Notes under the pieces: generated by a model
Seen by the model: the letters and a program-made list of their open reading frames with translations, nothing else
Database searches by the model: none
Told to the model about the DNA's origin: nothing
Assembly: GCA_019638355.1 (NCBI GenBank)
Contig: JAHBTY010000003.1
Location: forward strand, 333,325 to 397,324
Direction: 5' to 3'
Length of the DNA stretch: 64,000 nucleotides
Source: Cyclobacteriaceae bacterium
GTDB lineage: Bacteria; Bacteroidota; Bacteroidia; Cytophagales; Cyclobacteriaceae
Shown: positions 10,116 through 20,419 of the stretch, piece by piece
Layout: each line of letters opens with the position of its first letter
How positions within the stretch are numbered: position 1 is the first letter of the stretch
Translations under genes and position numbers: made by a program

Positions 10116-11750
10116 ATGAAGCGTCTGGTCCTTATCTTTTTCGCAGGTATTTTACCACTGTGCGGTACGGCTCAAAATCAGCCCAGGCTGGTAGTGGGTA
10201 TTGTAGTAGATCAAATGCGGCAGGATTATTTATACCGCTACGAATCAAAGTTTGGAACAGGCGGTTTCAACCGAATGGTTCAACAAGGCTTTATGCTACG
10301 CAATGCGCATTACAATTATGTGCCTACCGAAACAGGCCCGGGCCACGCTTCTATCTATACCGGCACAACACCATCCATTCATGGCATTGTTGCGAACGAT
10401 TGGTACGACCGTGCCTTAAGGAAAGATGTAAACTGTGTAAGCGATGATCAACAAACACCGGTTGGGTCAGCACGCGGTGGCAAGGTTTCACCCGCAAGAT
10501 TACTCACCACAACAGTTACGGACGAACTAAAGTTGGCTACCCAAATGCGTGCTAAAGTAGTGGGTGTTTCCATTAAAGACAGGGGAGCAGTGTTGCCAAC
10601 AGGCCACATGCCCGATGGGGCCTATTGGTACGATGGTACAACCGGAAACTTTATCACCAGTACCTATTACAAAACAGAACTGCCGGCTTGGGTACAAAAA
10701 TTCAATCAGCAAAAGCTGGCCGATCAATACCTGGCCCTTGAATGGAAACCCTTATTGCCATTGGAGCAATATACCGAGGTAGGTGTTGATGATTCACCCT
10801 ACGAGTGGAAATGGAAAGGAAAAGAAAAAGCAACATTTCCGTACAAGTTAAGTGAGTTGCGAAAAGAAAATGGAAACTATGATTTGGTTGGCAACACGCC
10901 CTGGGGCAATACCCTCGTAGCCGAAATAGCAAAAGCAGCAGTTGCAGGCGAAGGCCTGGGTAAGGATGGTATTACCGATTTTCTGGCCGTATCCTTTTCA
11001 AGTACCGATCGCATCGGGCATGGTACGGGCCCTAACTCAATTGAGTTGGCCGATACGTACCTGCGATTGGATAAAACTCTGGAAGATTTTTTTACTTACC
11101 TCGACAAGGAAGTAGGCAAAGGAAATTACACCGTATTTCTTACGGCCGATCATGGTGTGGCCGAAGTTGCCCAATACATGAAAGATAAACGCGTGCCTGC
11201 AGGTTATTTCAGACCTGCTTATGTAGAAGCCGGACTGAATGAATATCTGCAAAAATATTTTCCAGGTAAAACTATTGTCGAAAAAATAACAACTGAACAG
11301 GTTTACATTAATCAGCAGGCATTTGAAGGCGACCCCCGCGCAACCGGAATCGATTTATTGGTAGCCACCGACTTGATAACAAAGTATTTGCTTTCAACTG
11401 ATGGCATAGCACAGGTTTACACGCTCAATACACTGCGTCAGGCCAGTTTTGATGAAGATGGAATTCGCGGAAAGGTGGTGCGAGGGTTTCACCCCAAGCG
11501 TTGTGGCGATATAGCTTTTGTATTAGAACCCGGTTGGTATTCATGGGGAGGTGTTACCGGTTCTACACACGGTTCGGCATATACATACGATACCCACATT
11601 CCAATCGTGTTCTATGGAGCTGGTATCAAACCCGGGGCATCCGCTCAATTCCATACAATCACAGATATCGCACCCACGCTTTCGGTATTGCTTAAAATTA
11701 AATTTCCAAATGGTGCTACCGGTCAGCCGATAACAGAAATTCTCGATTAA
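10116..11750 (+). CDS. pafA: Alkaline phosphatase, PafA type
   Basis: LVVGIVVDQMR, Thr-nucleophile motif PTETGPGHASIYTG, FLTADHG, GSTHGSAYTYDTHIP; ATG 10116 gives a clean signal peptide. Confidence 0.9.
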   Translation: MKRLVLIFFAGILPLCGTAQNQPRLVVGIVVDQMRQDYLYRYESKFGTGGFNRMVQQGFMLRNAHYNYVPTETGPGHASIYTGTTPSIHGIVANDWYDRALRKDVNCVSDDQQTPVGSARGGKVSPARLLTTTVTDELKLATQMRAKVVGVSIKDRGAVLPTGHMPDGAYWYDGTTGNFITSTYYKTELPAWVQKFNQQKLADQYLALEWKPLLPLEQYTEVGVDDSPYEWKWKGKEKATFPYKLSELRKENGNYDLVGNTPWGNTLVAEIAKAAVAGEGLGKDGITDFLAVSFSSTDRIGHGTGPNSIELADTYLRLDKTLEDFFTYLDKEVGKGNYTVFLTADHGVAEVAQYMKDKRVPAGYFRPAYVEAGLNEYLQKYFPGKTIVEKITTEQVYINQQAFEGDPRATGIDLLVATDLITKYLLSTDGIAQVYTLNTLRQASFDEDGIRGKVVRGFHPKRCGDIAFVLEPGWYSWGGVTGSTHGSAYTYDTHIPIVFYGAGIKPGASAQFHTITDIAPTLSVLLKIKFPNGATGQPITEILD

Positions 11751-11757
11751 CTTTTTC

Positions 11758-11802
11758 AGACCTTCCAGGTCTTTTAAAATAATATAAAGACCTGGAAGGT
11801 CT
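11758..11802. repeat. Inverted pair of short palindromes (REP-doublet-like hairpin), may also act as terminator
   Basis: AGACCTTCCAGGTCTTT-N11-AAAGACCTGGAAGGTCT: perfect 17-bp inverted repeat; each arm is itself palindromic (AGACCT-NNN-AGGTCT). Confidence 0.7.
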
Positions 11803-11837
11803 TAGTCTTTTTTCCTTGCGAGTGAGTACTTTTGGGT

Positions 11838-12320
11838 ATGCTTTCCACTTCCGATGGTTTTTTGCTTCAATTCATTTTCTTCCTGGCAGGTGGTTTGGGT
11901 TTTGTGCTTGTTGCATTATTTGTATCACGCCTTATTCGTCCACATCGCCCCAGCGTACAAAAGCAAATGCCTTATGAAAGTGGCGAGATGCCCCAAGGCC
12001 CCGCCTGGGTTCAATTCAATTTAAGGTTTTATGTGCTGGCGTTAATCTTCATACTCTTCGAAGTAGAAGTAGTGTTCATGTTTCCATGGGCTGTTGTGTT
12101 TGGCGATGCGGGCTTACACGAACAAACAAATGGAAGCTGGGGTTGGTTTGCGCTGGTTGAAATGTTGATCTTTATGGTAATATTGATACTGGGCTTGGTT
12201 TATGCGTGGCGGTTGGGGCATCTCGATTGGGTAAAATCAAAACCAACGGTACGCGATGTAGATTCGCCAGTGCCACCTGATCTTTATAAATCAATCAATG
12301 AAAAGTACCGCAAAGCATGA
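11838..12320 (+). CDS. nuoA: NADH-quinone oxidoreductase subunit A
   Basis: [35 protein letters not shown]; ATG 11838 preferred to TTG 11832. Confidence 0.95.
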   Translation: MLSTSDGFLLQFIFFLAGGLGFVLVALFVSRLIRPHRPSVQKQMPYESGEMPQGPAWVQFNLRFYVLALIFILFEVEVVFMFPWAVVFGDAGLHEQTNGSWGWFALVEMLIFMVILILGLVYAWRLGHLDWVKSKPTVRDVDSPVPPDLYKSINEKYRKA

Positions 12321-12838
12321 AGGGTTTACTCGATCGGCAATTTGAAAATGGAGGCGTAATCATTACCCGTGTGGATGATTTACTTAACTGGTCGCGGTTG
12401 TCGTCTCTTTTTCCCATGACGTTCGGGTTGGCTTGTTGTGCGATAGAATTTATGAGTACCGGTACAACTGTGTATGATATGGATCGTTTCGGTATGGCCC
12501 CGCGCGCTACACCCCGGCAGTCCGATTTAATGATCGTTTCAGGTACGGTAACGTTTAAGATGGCCGATCGCATCCGGCAGTTGTATGAACAAATGGCCGA
12601 ACCGCGCTATGTTATTTCCATGGGCTCGTGTTCCAATTGTGGCGGCCCTTACTGGCAGCACGGGTATCATGTGGTGAAAGGCGTTGATCGTATTGTACCC
12701 GTTGATGTATATGTGCCTGGTTGTCCGCCCCGCCCCGAAGCTTTGATCGGGGGCATTCTGAAACTGCATGAGAAAATCCGAAATGAGAGCAGAGTGAAGC
12801 CAACAGCGTTGGAAAACCTAATCGCAAAAAATGGATAA
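12317..12838 (+). CDS. nuoB: NADH-quinone oxidoreductase subunit B
   Basis: [36 protein letters not shown]. Confidence 0.95.
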   Translation: MKGLLDRQFENGGVIITRVDDLLNWSRLSSLFPMTFGLACCAIEFMSTGTTVYDMDRFGMAPRATPRQSDLMIVSGTVTFKMADRIRQLYEQMAEPRYVISMGSCSNCGGPYWQHGYHVVKGVDRIVPVDVYVPGCPPRPEALIGGILKLHEKIRNESRVKPTALENLIAKNG

Positions 12839-13304
12839 TGCACGATTGATAGAATTGGTTCGCCAGGTGGCTGGCCATGCAGGTGAACTCAAGAACGCTA
12901 TACCATTAACGTTGGTAATTGATGCAGCTACGCTAACACAAGTTTGTGAACGGCTCCACAAAAACCCCGAAGCCTATTTCGATATGCTCACCTGCATAAC
13001 CGGAGTGGATAATGGAACAGAGGCTAATACGATGGAAGTGATTTATCATTTGTATTCTATTCCATTCCATCAATCGCTGATGCTGAAGGTAATAGTACCC
13101 CGCGAAAATCCAGAAGTTGAAACACTAACTACAATCTGGAAATCCGCCAATTGGCTGGAGCGCGAAGTGTTTGATATGTTCGGTATTGTTTTTAAAAATC
13201 ATCCTGACTTACGCAGAATTCTGATGCCGGCCGATTGGGATGGTAATCCGCTGCGTAAAGACTACAAACACGAAGAAACGTATCGTGGAATAAAAATTGA
13301 CTAA
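12831..13304 (+). CDS. nuoC: NADH-quinone oxidoreductase subunit C
   Basis: [36 protein letters not shown]. Confidence 0.95.
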   Translation: MDNARLIELVRQVAGHAGELKNAIPLTLVIDAATLTQVCERLHKNPEAYFDMLTCITGVDNGTEANTMEVIYHLYSIPFHQSLMLKVIVPRENPEVETLTTIWKSANWLEREVFDMFGIVFKNHPDLRRILMPADWDGNPLRKDYKHEETYRGIKID

Positions 13305-13307
13305 TCG

Positions 13308-14522
13308 TTGAAGGATCAGCAGTACATATACAAGGAAAGTAACCTGGTTGACTCCGAACCTAATAAGTTCGATGCGTCTAAGTTGAAATCGGAAGAGATG
13401 ATCATCAACCTCGGGCCGCAGCATCCTTCCACACATGGTGTATTGCGGTTGGAAGTGTTGAGCGATGGTGAAATAATAAAAGAAGTAGTGCCACACATCG
13501 GCTACCTGCACCGGTGTTTTGAAAAACACGCAGAAAGTCTTCCGTACAATCAGATCATCCCATTTGTTGATCGGATGGATTACCTCGCTGCCATGAATTC
13601 TGAACATGCTTACGCGATGGGAGTAGAGCGGATGTTGGGTATAACCGATCAAATTCCCAAGCGGGTAGAATACATTCGGGTATTGGTGGCCGAACTCAAT
13701 CGTATCGCCTCACATCTTATTGCAGTCGGAACATTCGGTTTAGACCTCGGTGCATTTACTCCGTTTTTTTGGATCATGCGTGATCGTGAACATATTCTGC
13801 GTTTGCTGGAATGGGCCAGTGGTGCCCGCATGTTGTATAACTACATTTGGGTAGGGGGCTTGTTTTATGATTTGCCGGTTGGCTTTGAACAGCGCTGCCG
13901 CGAATTCATAACTTATTTTAAACCAAAAGCCATCGAGTTGGAGCAACTGCTGGTGGATAACAAAATTTTTATTGATCGTACCGCAAAGGTAGGGGTGTTG
14001 CCATTAAACCTTGCTATTAATTGTGGTGCTACCGGCCCCATGTTGCGTGGTTCAGGTTTACGTTTCGATTTGCGAAAAGCAGATGGTTATTCCATTTACC
14101 CCGAACTTGATTTTGACATTCCAATTGGTGAAGGTAAGATGGGTGCTGTGGGCGATTGCTGGGATCGCACTTGGGTGCGCGTGCGCGAGATTCATGAATC
14201 GTTGAACATGATGCAGCAATGCCTGGATAAATTAGAGGGCGATTATAAACGTACGCGTGAGTTCGATCCACAGGCAATTGTTCCTAAAAAAATCAGACCA
14301 CAAGCACAGGAAATTTATGTGCGCGCTGAAAATCCAAAAGGGGAGTTGGGATTTTATTTTCGGGCCGATGGTAAAAGTGATATTCCGTTCCGTTGCAAGG
14401 TGCGCGCTTGTTCATTTGTAAACCTTTCCATTCTGCCAGAACTTTGTAAAGGTGTTTTGATAGCTGACCTGATTGCTATATTGGGTTCCATTGATATTGT
14501 ATTGGGCGAAGTAGATCGTTAA
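13308..14522 (+). CDS. nuoD: NADH-quinone oxidoreductase subunit D
   Basis: [48 protein letters not shown]; TTG start. Confidence 0.95.
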   Translation: MKDQQYIYKESNLVDSEPNKFDASKLKSEEMIINLGPQHPSTHGVLRLEVLSDGEIIKEVVPHIGYLHRCFEKHAESLPYNQIIPFVDRMDYLAAMNSEHAYAMGVERMLGITDQIPKRVEYIRVLVAELNRIASHLIAVGTFGLDLGAFTPFFWIMRDREHILRLLEWASGARMLYNYIWVGGLFYDLPVGFEQRCREFITYFKPKAIELEQLLVDNKIFIDRTAKVGVLPLNLAINCGATGPMLRGSGLRFDLRKADGYSIYPELDFDIPIGEGKMGAVGDCWDRTWVRVREIHESLNMMQQCLDKLEGDYKRTREFDPQAIVPKKIRPQAQEIYVRAENPKGELGFYFRADGKSDIPFRCKVRACSFVNLSILPELCKGVLIADLIAILGSIDIVLGEVDR

Positions 14523-14527
14523 TTGTT

Positions 14528-16015
14528 GTGATAAAACTTTTCACATCCGAACAGATTAAAACCTGGGATGCTGCCACCATCCACGAAAGTGGTATAACCT
14601 CATTTGAATTAATGCAACGTGCGTGTCGTGCTTTTGTAGCATGGTTCACTGAACGGTATGACGCATCGCATAAGATTTATATAGTATGTGGAACAGGAAA
14701 TAATGGTGGCGATGGTTTAGGAATAGCCTCGTTGTTGCATGAATGGAATTACAGCATTGAGGTTTTTATTGTTCGAGGCTCCACTACAACACCTGACTTT
14801 GATGCTGGTTTAAAATTAGTCGCTGGAAAAGTTAAAATTAAGGAAGTAACATCGCCCCAACTGGAAATAGCGAAAGGTTCGATAGTACTGGATGCACTTT
14901 TCGGCACCGGTTTGTCGCGCGCACTTACCGGCCTGCATGCTGAAATAATCAGTAAACTGAATGCATTGGATGTTACCAGAATAGCCGTAGATGTTCCCTC
15001 TGGTTTGCGATTGGATGTTTCGATTGCAGGTGAAATTTTTAAAGCCGATCATACCGTAACGTTTCAATCTCCCAAACTTTGTTTTTTACTTCCGCAAAGC
15101 AGTGCTTTTATAGGCCAATGGCATGTAGTGGATATTGGTTTAAGTAAAACCTTTGTGAAGGAAACAAAGGCAAATTATTTTCTGGTGACATTAAAATCAG
15201 TGAAGCGGTTGGTAAAACCACGCGCACAGTTTAGCCACAAAGGAAATTACGGCCACGCATTACTGATTGCAGGTTCAATGGGAAAGATGGGTGCAGCAGT
15301 ACTTGCCGCACGGGCAGCATTGCGTGCCGGAGTTGGTTTATTAACAGTGCATGTTCCGGCAAATGGAAATGTAATTTTACAATCGGCAGTACCGGAGGCA
15401 ATGACTACACACGATATAGCCCCCGATTTTTTTTCGGGTCGCGAAGTTGAAAGCTTTTACACTGCGGTAGGTATTGGTCCGGGCCTTGGCCAGGCACCAG
15501 AAACAATTATAGGTTTTAAAAACTTGCTTACAACTTTATTGCAGCCTTTGGTGCTGGATGCAGATGCATTGAATCTACTTGCATCCAATCCTGAGCTACA
15601 AACTAAAATACCTGCCGGAAGTATTCTTACACCACACCCCGGTGAGTTTAAAAGACTGGTTGGCGAGTGGCTGGATGATTTTGATAAGCTCAAAAAACAA
15701 CAGGCATTGGCTGCGAATATAAAGTCTGTTGTTGTGTTGAAGGGTGCTCATACTACAATTGCATTACCGGATGGATGTGTCTATTTCAATTCTACGGGTA
15801 ACCCCGGCATGGCAACAGGGGGTAGTGGCGATGTACTTACCGGGATTATTACAGCCCTAATGGCTCAGGGTTATGGTACTGCTGAAGCAGCTATACTGGG
15901 TGTGTATGTGCATGGGCTTGCGGGTGATTTGGCTGCCCGCGAAATCGGTGAAACGGCATTGATTGCCGGTGATTTGATTCAATATCTTCCGGCTGCTTTT
16001 AAAAAACTTGGATAA
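14528..16015 (+). CDS. nnr: Bifunctional NAD(P)H-hydrate epimerase/dehydratase
   Basis: CGTGNNGGDG, DALFGTG, AVDVPSG, HKGNYGH, DADAL, LTPHPGE, GNPGMATGGSGDVLTG. Confidence 0.93.
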   Translation: MIKLFTSEQIKTWDAATIHESGITSFELMQRACRAFVAWFTERYDASHKIYIVCGTGNNGGDGLGIASLLHEWNYSIEVFIVRGSTTTPDFDAGLKLVAGKVKIKEVTSPQLEIAKGSIVLDALFGTGLSRALTGLHAEIISKLNALDVTRIAVDVPSGLRLDVSIAGEIFKADHTVTFQSPKLCFLLPQSSAFIGQWHVVDIGLSKTFVKETKANYFLVTLKSVKRLVKPRAQFSHKGNYGHALLIAGSMGKMGAAVLAARAALRAGVGLLTVHVPANGNVILQSAVPEAMTTHDIAPDFFSGREVESFYTAVGIGPGLGQAPETIIGFKNLLTTLLQPLVLDADALNLLASNPELQTKIPAGSILTPHPGEFKRLVGEWLDDFDKLKKQQALAANIKSVVVLKGAHTTIALPDGCVYFNSTGNPGMATGGSGDVLTGIITALMAQGYGTAEAAILGVYVHGLAGDLAAREIGETALIAGDLIQYLPAAFKKLG

Positions 16016-16102
16016 CATAATTTTTTAAAAAAATTGTGACGCCAATTAAACTTTTGGCTTCTATACTGCATCTAAATTGCACTAATTCGCGTAAAAGCCT
16101 TT

Positions 16103-16459
16103 ATGAACCTGAACAAAGCCATATTTTTAATCGCTTTTGTAGCCATAGCACAGTTGAGCTATGGTCAGTTTCGTGAAGAAAATGCTGGTCACAATTTTCC
16201 GGATCCTATCAAGCAGGTTCAGCTTTATCCCAATCCGGCTATTGAATTTTTAAGTTTAAAGTTTGAGGCTCCTCAAGCTAAAAAGGTACGGTTAACGGTT
16301 CATAATATTCTTGGTAATACACTGGAAGTTGAAACAGAAATCGTGGATGAGCACGAGATTAAACTGAAAGTAAAAGAACTGGTTACTGGTTATTACTTTG
16401 TATCGGTTCGCGATGAGCACACCAACCTGCGCGGAACGTACAAGTTCCTGAAAAGATAA
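16103..16459 (+). CDS. Small protein: signal peptide plus T9SS type-A C-terminal sorting domain
   Basis: LYPNPA, TVHNILG, LVTGYYFV and terminal KFLKR match type-A CTD features; only about 17 residues lie between the signal peptide and LYPNP. Confidence 0.75.
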   Translation: MNLNKAIFLIAFVAIAQLSYGQFREENAGHNFPDPIKQVQLYPNPAIEFLSLKFEAPQAKKVRLTVHNILGNTLEVETEIVDEHEIKLKVKELVTGYYFVSVRDEHTNLRGTYKFLKR

Positions 16460-16515
16460 TCCTCACCACAATTAATTTCCCTTATTTTCCTATTTTCAAG
16501 GCTTAAGACAAGCCA

Positions 16516-17958
16516 TTGAAACAAATTGTTGTTGCGGTAGATATTGGTACCACCAGCACAAAAGTGCATTGCATATCGTCAACCGGTACTATAGTTGCTC
16601 AGCAGCAGGTTTTTTACCCAACGCATTATCCCAAGCCCGGGTATGCCGAACAGGATGCTACCGAAATTCTTAATGCTGTAATTATATCGCTTCAAACTGT
16701 TGCCTCTCAAATTAATTTACACGAAGTAAAAGCAATTTGCTTCAGCAGTGCCATGCACAGCTTAGTTGCAGTTGATGCAGCGGGCAAGGCGCTTACACCT
16801 GTAATTACCTGGGCCGATACCCGCAGTGCAACCCAAGCTAAGGAAATAAAAAATTCAGCCATAGCACTGCAATTGCATCATCAAACGGGCACACCCATCC
16901 ATCCGATGTCGCCCTTGTGTAAGTTGATTTGGTTGCGTGAATCGGGTTGGGACGGGTTTAAGATTGCACATAAATTTATTTCTATTAAAGAGTTTATCTG
17001 GTTTCACCTAACAGGCGAGTTCAAAATAGATTATTCCATTGCATCGGCTACAGGTTTGTTTGACATTCATCAACTAAGCTGGAGTAAGCAGGCAGTAGGG
17101 TTAACGGGTATTTCTTTAAGTCAACTCTCAGCGGCAGTTCCGGCTACCTATCGGTCATCTGTTTATTCAAAGGAATTAAAAGATTGGCAAACAGTGCCGG
17201 TTATAATTGGCGCCAGCGATGGTTGCCTGGCGCAGTTGGGTAGCAATGCCATGCAGCCTGGTGTACTTACCATCACATTGGGAACAAGCGGTGCAGTAAG
17301 ACGATCAGCATCACGTAACCTATTTGATCCAAAAGGACGATTATTCAATTATATTTTATTGAACGATGAAACAGTTGCCGGTGGGGCCACCAACAATGGA
17401 ACAGCTGTAATGGATTGGTTTATACGTGAATTGGCTGAGCCAGGGGAAAATTTGCAACAAACCATTTCGAGAGTTTGTACACATGTAAATGCCGGTAGCG
17501 ATGGTTTACTTGCCTTACCCTTCCTTCAAGGAGAAAGAGCACCAATGTATAACCCTGATGCGCGAGGAGTTTTTTTTAATATTGGTATGCAACATACCCG
17601 TCATCATTTTGCGCATGCGTTGCTGGAAGCAATTTGTTACGAATTGAAGTGGATTGCAGAAAGCGTGGAGGCTGTATGCGGACCATCTGATAATGTTGTT
17701 GTGAGTGGTGGTATCACACATTCTCCTGAATGGATACAAATGCTGGCCGATGTTCTTAATCGAGAGTTGTTTGCAACAGCCGGGCACGATGCCTCGGCCC
17801 TGGGTGCTGCACATCTTGCTTTTCAGGCTGAGGGGATAACATTTCAAAGTGAAGGCCTTTCGCATAATCTGTACAAGCCACGATTGCCTGCGCTTGCGTA
17901 TGAACAAGGATACACCCGGTTTAGAAAACTGTATGAACGTGTTCAGTCTTTATTCTAA
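16516..17958 (+). CDS. gntK: Gluconokinase, FGGY carbohydrate kinase family
   Basis: VDIGTTSTK, FSSAMHSL, TWADTRS, TPIHPMSP, GASDGCLAQLG, TLGTSGA, LQGERAP; upstream of gnd. Confidence 0.85.
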   Translation: MKQIVVAVDIGTTSTKVHCISSTGTIVAQQQVFYPTHYPKPGYAEQDATEILNAVIISLQTVASQINLHEVKAICFSSAMHSLVAVDAAGKALTPVITWADTRSATQAKEIKNSAIALQLHHQTGTPIHPMSPLCKLIWLRESGWDGFKIAHKFISIKEFIWFHLTGEFKIDYSIASATGLFDIHQLSWSKQAVGLTGISLSQLSAAVPATYRSSVYSKELKDWQTVPVIIGASDGCLAQLGSNAMQPGVLTITLGTSGAVRRSASRNLFDPKGRLFNYILLNDETVAGGATNNGTAVMDWFIRELAEPGENLQQTISRVCTHVNAGSDGLLALPFLQGERAPMYNPDARGVFFNIGMQHTRHHFAHALLEAICYELKWIAESVEAVCGPSDNVVVSGGITHSPEWIQMLADVLNRELFATAGHDASALGAAHLAFQAEGITFQSEGLSHNLYKPRLPALAYEQGYTRFRKLYERVQSLF

Positions 17959-18123
17959 GATCATTTTTTTAGCGAATAAATGCGGTTTTAATAGCTAATC
18001 AAACGGTTGCGGAATTAGAATCCACGAAATCCATTAAAACCGGGTTTCGGTTCTGTGGCTATATCGTTTACTTTGTTTCCAGCCATAAGGCATAAATTTT
18101 CTGATCAACAAAACTCTTTTGGA

Positions 18124-19020
18124 ATGCAAATCGGACTAATTGGATTGGGTAAAATGGGTTACAACCTTGCGCTCAATTTTAAAAGCAAAGGGCATGCGGT
18201 AGTGGCGTTTGATGTAAATAAATTGGCGATGGAAAAAATTGCCGCTGAACAAATTGAAACAGCACCATCTATTGGTGACCTGGCATCGGCTCTGAAAGGC
18301 CGAAAGGTGATATGGATTATGGTGCCAGCCGGCAATGTGGTAGATGTAGTGCTTAGCAATCTCAAATACCATCTCGCTGCCGATGATATCGTAATTGATG
18401 GAGGTAACTCGCACTTTAAGGATACATTGGCGCGTGCACGCGATCTGGAGAAGCTCGGCATTCACTACCTGGATTGTGGAACCAGTGGTGGTGTAACCGG
18501 TGCATTACAGGGTGTTTGTACCATGATAGGCGGAAAAAAAGAAGTATTTGATTATTGCGAAGAATTATTCAAGTCTATTTCGGTGCCCAATGGCTATTTG
18601 TATTGCGGCAAATGTGGTAGTGGCCATTTTACCAAAATGGTACACAATGGAATAGAGTACGGCATGATGCAGGCTATTGCCGAAGGCATGGAGGTATTGC
18701 ATCGGCAAGACCCGGAAATGGATTTGGCAGCAGTATCAAAAGTGTGGAACCATGGCTCGGTGGTTCGTAGTTGGTTGATGGAACTTACGCAGCGTGCACT
18801 CGAAAAAGATAAAAACCTGGAATCAATAAAAGGCGTAATGCATTCTTCTGGCGAAGGTAAATGGACTGTAGAGACTGCGCTGGAAATGGGCGTGCCGACA
18901 CCTGTAATTACGATGAGTTTATTAATGCGATACCGCTCGCAGGTAGAAGATACATTCTCCGGAAAAATTGTGGCTGCTTTACGCAATGAATTTGGCGGCC
19001 ATGCCGTGGAGAAAAAGTAA
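18124..19020 (+). CDS. gnd: 6-phosphogluconate dehydrogenase, short YqeC/GntZ type
   Basis: MQIGLIGLGKMG, IDGGNS, DCGTSGG, GHFTKMVHNGIEYG, ALRNEFGGH. Confidence 0.92.
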   Translation: MQIGLIGLGKMGYNLALNFKSKGHAVVAFDVNKLAMEKIAAEQIETAPSIGDLASALKGRKVIWIMVPAGNVVDVVLSNLKYHLAADDIVIDGGNSHFKDTLARARDLEKLGIHYLDCGTSGGVTGALQGVCTMIGGKKEVFDYCEELFKSISVPNGYLYCGKCGSGHFTKMVHNGIEYGMMQAIAEGMEVLHRQDPEMDLAAVSKVWNHGSVVRSWLMELTQRALEKDKNLESIKGVMHSSGEGKWTVETALEMGVPTPVITMSLLMRYRSQVEDTFSGKIVAALRNEFGGHAVEKK

Positions 19021-19036
19021 ATTCCTTTAAGAAAAT

Positions 19037-19074
19037 AAGAAAGCGCCAGAAGAATATTTACCTGGCGCTTTCTT
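19037..19074. terminator. Bidirectional intrinsic terminator
   Basis: AAGAAAGCGCCAG-N12-CTGGCGCTTTCTT between convergent gnd and the M28 peptidase gene. Confidence 0.75.
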
Positions 19075-19085
19075 TATTGAAAGAT

Positions 19086-20288
19086 TTAGAATGTTACTGA
19101 TAAAGTTAACGTTTCATTTTTGCGTTTCACTTTTACCGGAACAGTTTGGCCTTTTTCGAATTGGCCCAACGCCCCCATGTAATCGTTAATATCTCTAATT
19201 TCAAGTTCACCAATCTGAACGATCACATCACCGGTTTGGATACCGGCTTGCTGTGCGGGGCGGCCATCGGTTACTCCATCCACCAGTAAACCGGGTTGAT
19301 CAGATGTATAACTGGGCATTACTCCCAACGTAACTTTAAATGAAGTGCGTGCTGACATAGTTTTTTGTTTTGTGGTAAGGAAAGTAAGTTTGGGCGCTGC
19401 ATCTAATTTTTCAATTACCTGGATTATCAATTCCAGTACTTCTTTTTCGCCACCGAAATTTATTTTTTCAGAATCATCGGTGGGCTTGTGGTAATCGCTG
19501 TGCGAACCAGTAAAGAAATGTAAAGCCGGAATATTCTTCAGATAAAACGAAGCATGGTCTGACGGGCCCACACCCGATGAATCGGTTTTGATCGTTAGCG
19601 GTGTTGATACATTTTTTAAAAGTGGTTCCCACACCGGGCTGGTTCCGGTGCCGCTAATGGAAATAACTTTATTATCCGGCAAACGACCAATCATATCCAT
19701 GTTAATCATAAAACTAACTTCACTCATATCAATGGTGGGATGCTCAGTAAAGTACTTCGATCCATAAAGCCCCAACTCTTCGCCACTAAAGCAGATAAAC
19801 AAGAAGTTACTTTTTTCCTTTACTTTGTTTTGGGAAAAATAGCGGGCGAGTTCCAACACACCGGCCACACCCGAAGCATTATCATCGGCACCGTTGTGAA
19901 TTTTGCCTTTTGGATTGGCATCCAGCGAACTGCCATTTTCACCAAGCCCCAAATGGTCGTAGTGTGCACCTATTATAATTGTTTTATTGGCCTGGTTATC
20001 TAAATACGCAATGGCATTGTGGGCTTTGCCTTCCTCGCCCGTGCCATGTACTCCCGCTTTAAATGGGAACTGTTGTTGAAACGCTTGCTCACCTTTGGGC
20101 GTAAGCTTCAAGGCTTTAAATTCTTTCTCGATGTATTGCAGTGCTTTCTGTTCACCTTTTGAACCAGAAAACCGTCCTTCCATATCATCGGCTGCCAATA
20201 CCGTTATGTGCGATTTAATTTTTTTTTCATCAATCTTTTGACCAAACCCGGCTACAGGAATCAGCAATACAAGTATAAGCAGGCGCAT
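19086..20288 (-). CDS. Exported M28-family peptidase with C-terminal PDZ domain
   Basis: Minus strand (the track says +): CAT at 20286-20288, TTA at 19086. GAHYDHLG, GADDNASG, FSGEELG, YHKPTD; PDZ-like TLGVMP..GDVIVQIG. Confidence 0.9.
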   Translation of the reverse strand: MRLLILVLLIPVAGFGQKIDEKKIKSHITVLAADDMEGRFSGSKGEQKALQYIEKEFKALKLTPKGEQAFQQQFPFKAGVHGTGEEGKAHNAIAYLDNQANKTIIIGAHYDHLGLGENGSSLDANPKGKIHNGADDNASGVAGVLELARYFSQNKVKEKSNFLFICFSGEELGLYGSKYFTEHPTIDMSEVSFMINMDMIGRLPDNKVISISGTGTSPVWEPLLKNVSTPLTIKTDSSGVGPSDHASFYLKNIPALHFFTGSHSDYHKPTDDSEKINFGGEKEVLELIIQVIEKLDAAPKLTFLTTKQKTMSARTSFKVTLGVMPSYTSDQPGLLVDGVTDGRPAQQAGIQTGDVIVQIGELEIRDINDYMGALGQFEKGQTVPVKVKRKNETLTLSVTF

Positions 20289-20385
20289 TTTTATGTCTTG
20301 TTTAAGTAAGCACAAAGTAACTTCCATTTCTATAACAAAATTACCTCTGGCAGGAGTTTTTTTAGGGTTATAACACCAAACCCGT

Positions 20386-20393
20386 TATTTTTG
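20386..20393 (+). promoter_or_regulatory. Bacteroidota -7 promoter element
   Basis: TATTTTTG upstream of the universal stress protein gene. Confidence 0.5.
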
Positions 20394-20419
20394 ATAACCA
20401 AGAATTTACTTTGTTCCAG

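Noticed and set aside
16016-16038. A/T-only hairpin after nnr
   Set aside because: Low-complexity stem with little stability; not called a terminator.
19086-20327. ORF track labels the M28 peptidase as + strand
   Set aside because: The protein reads only from the reverse complement; reported as minus with ATG 20288.
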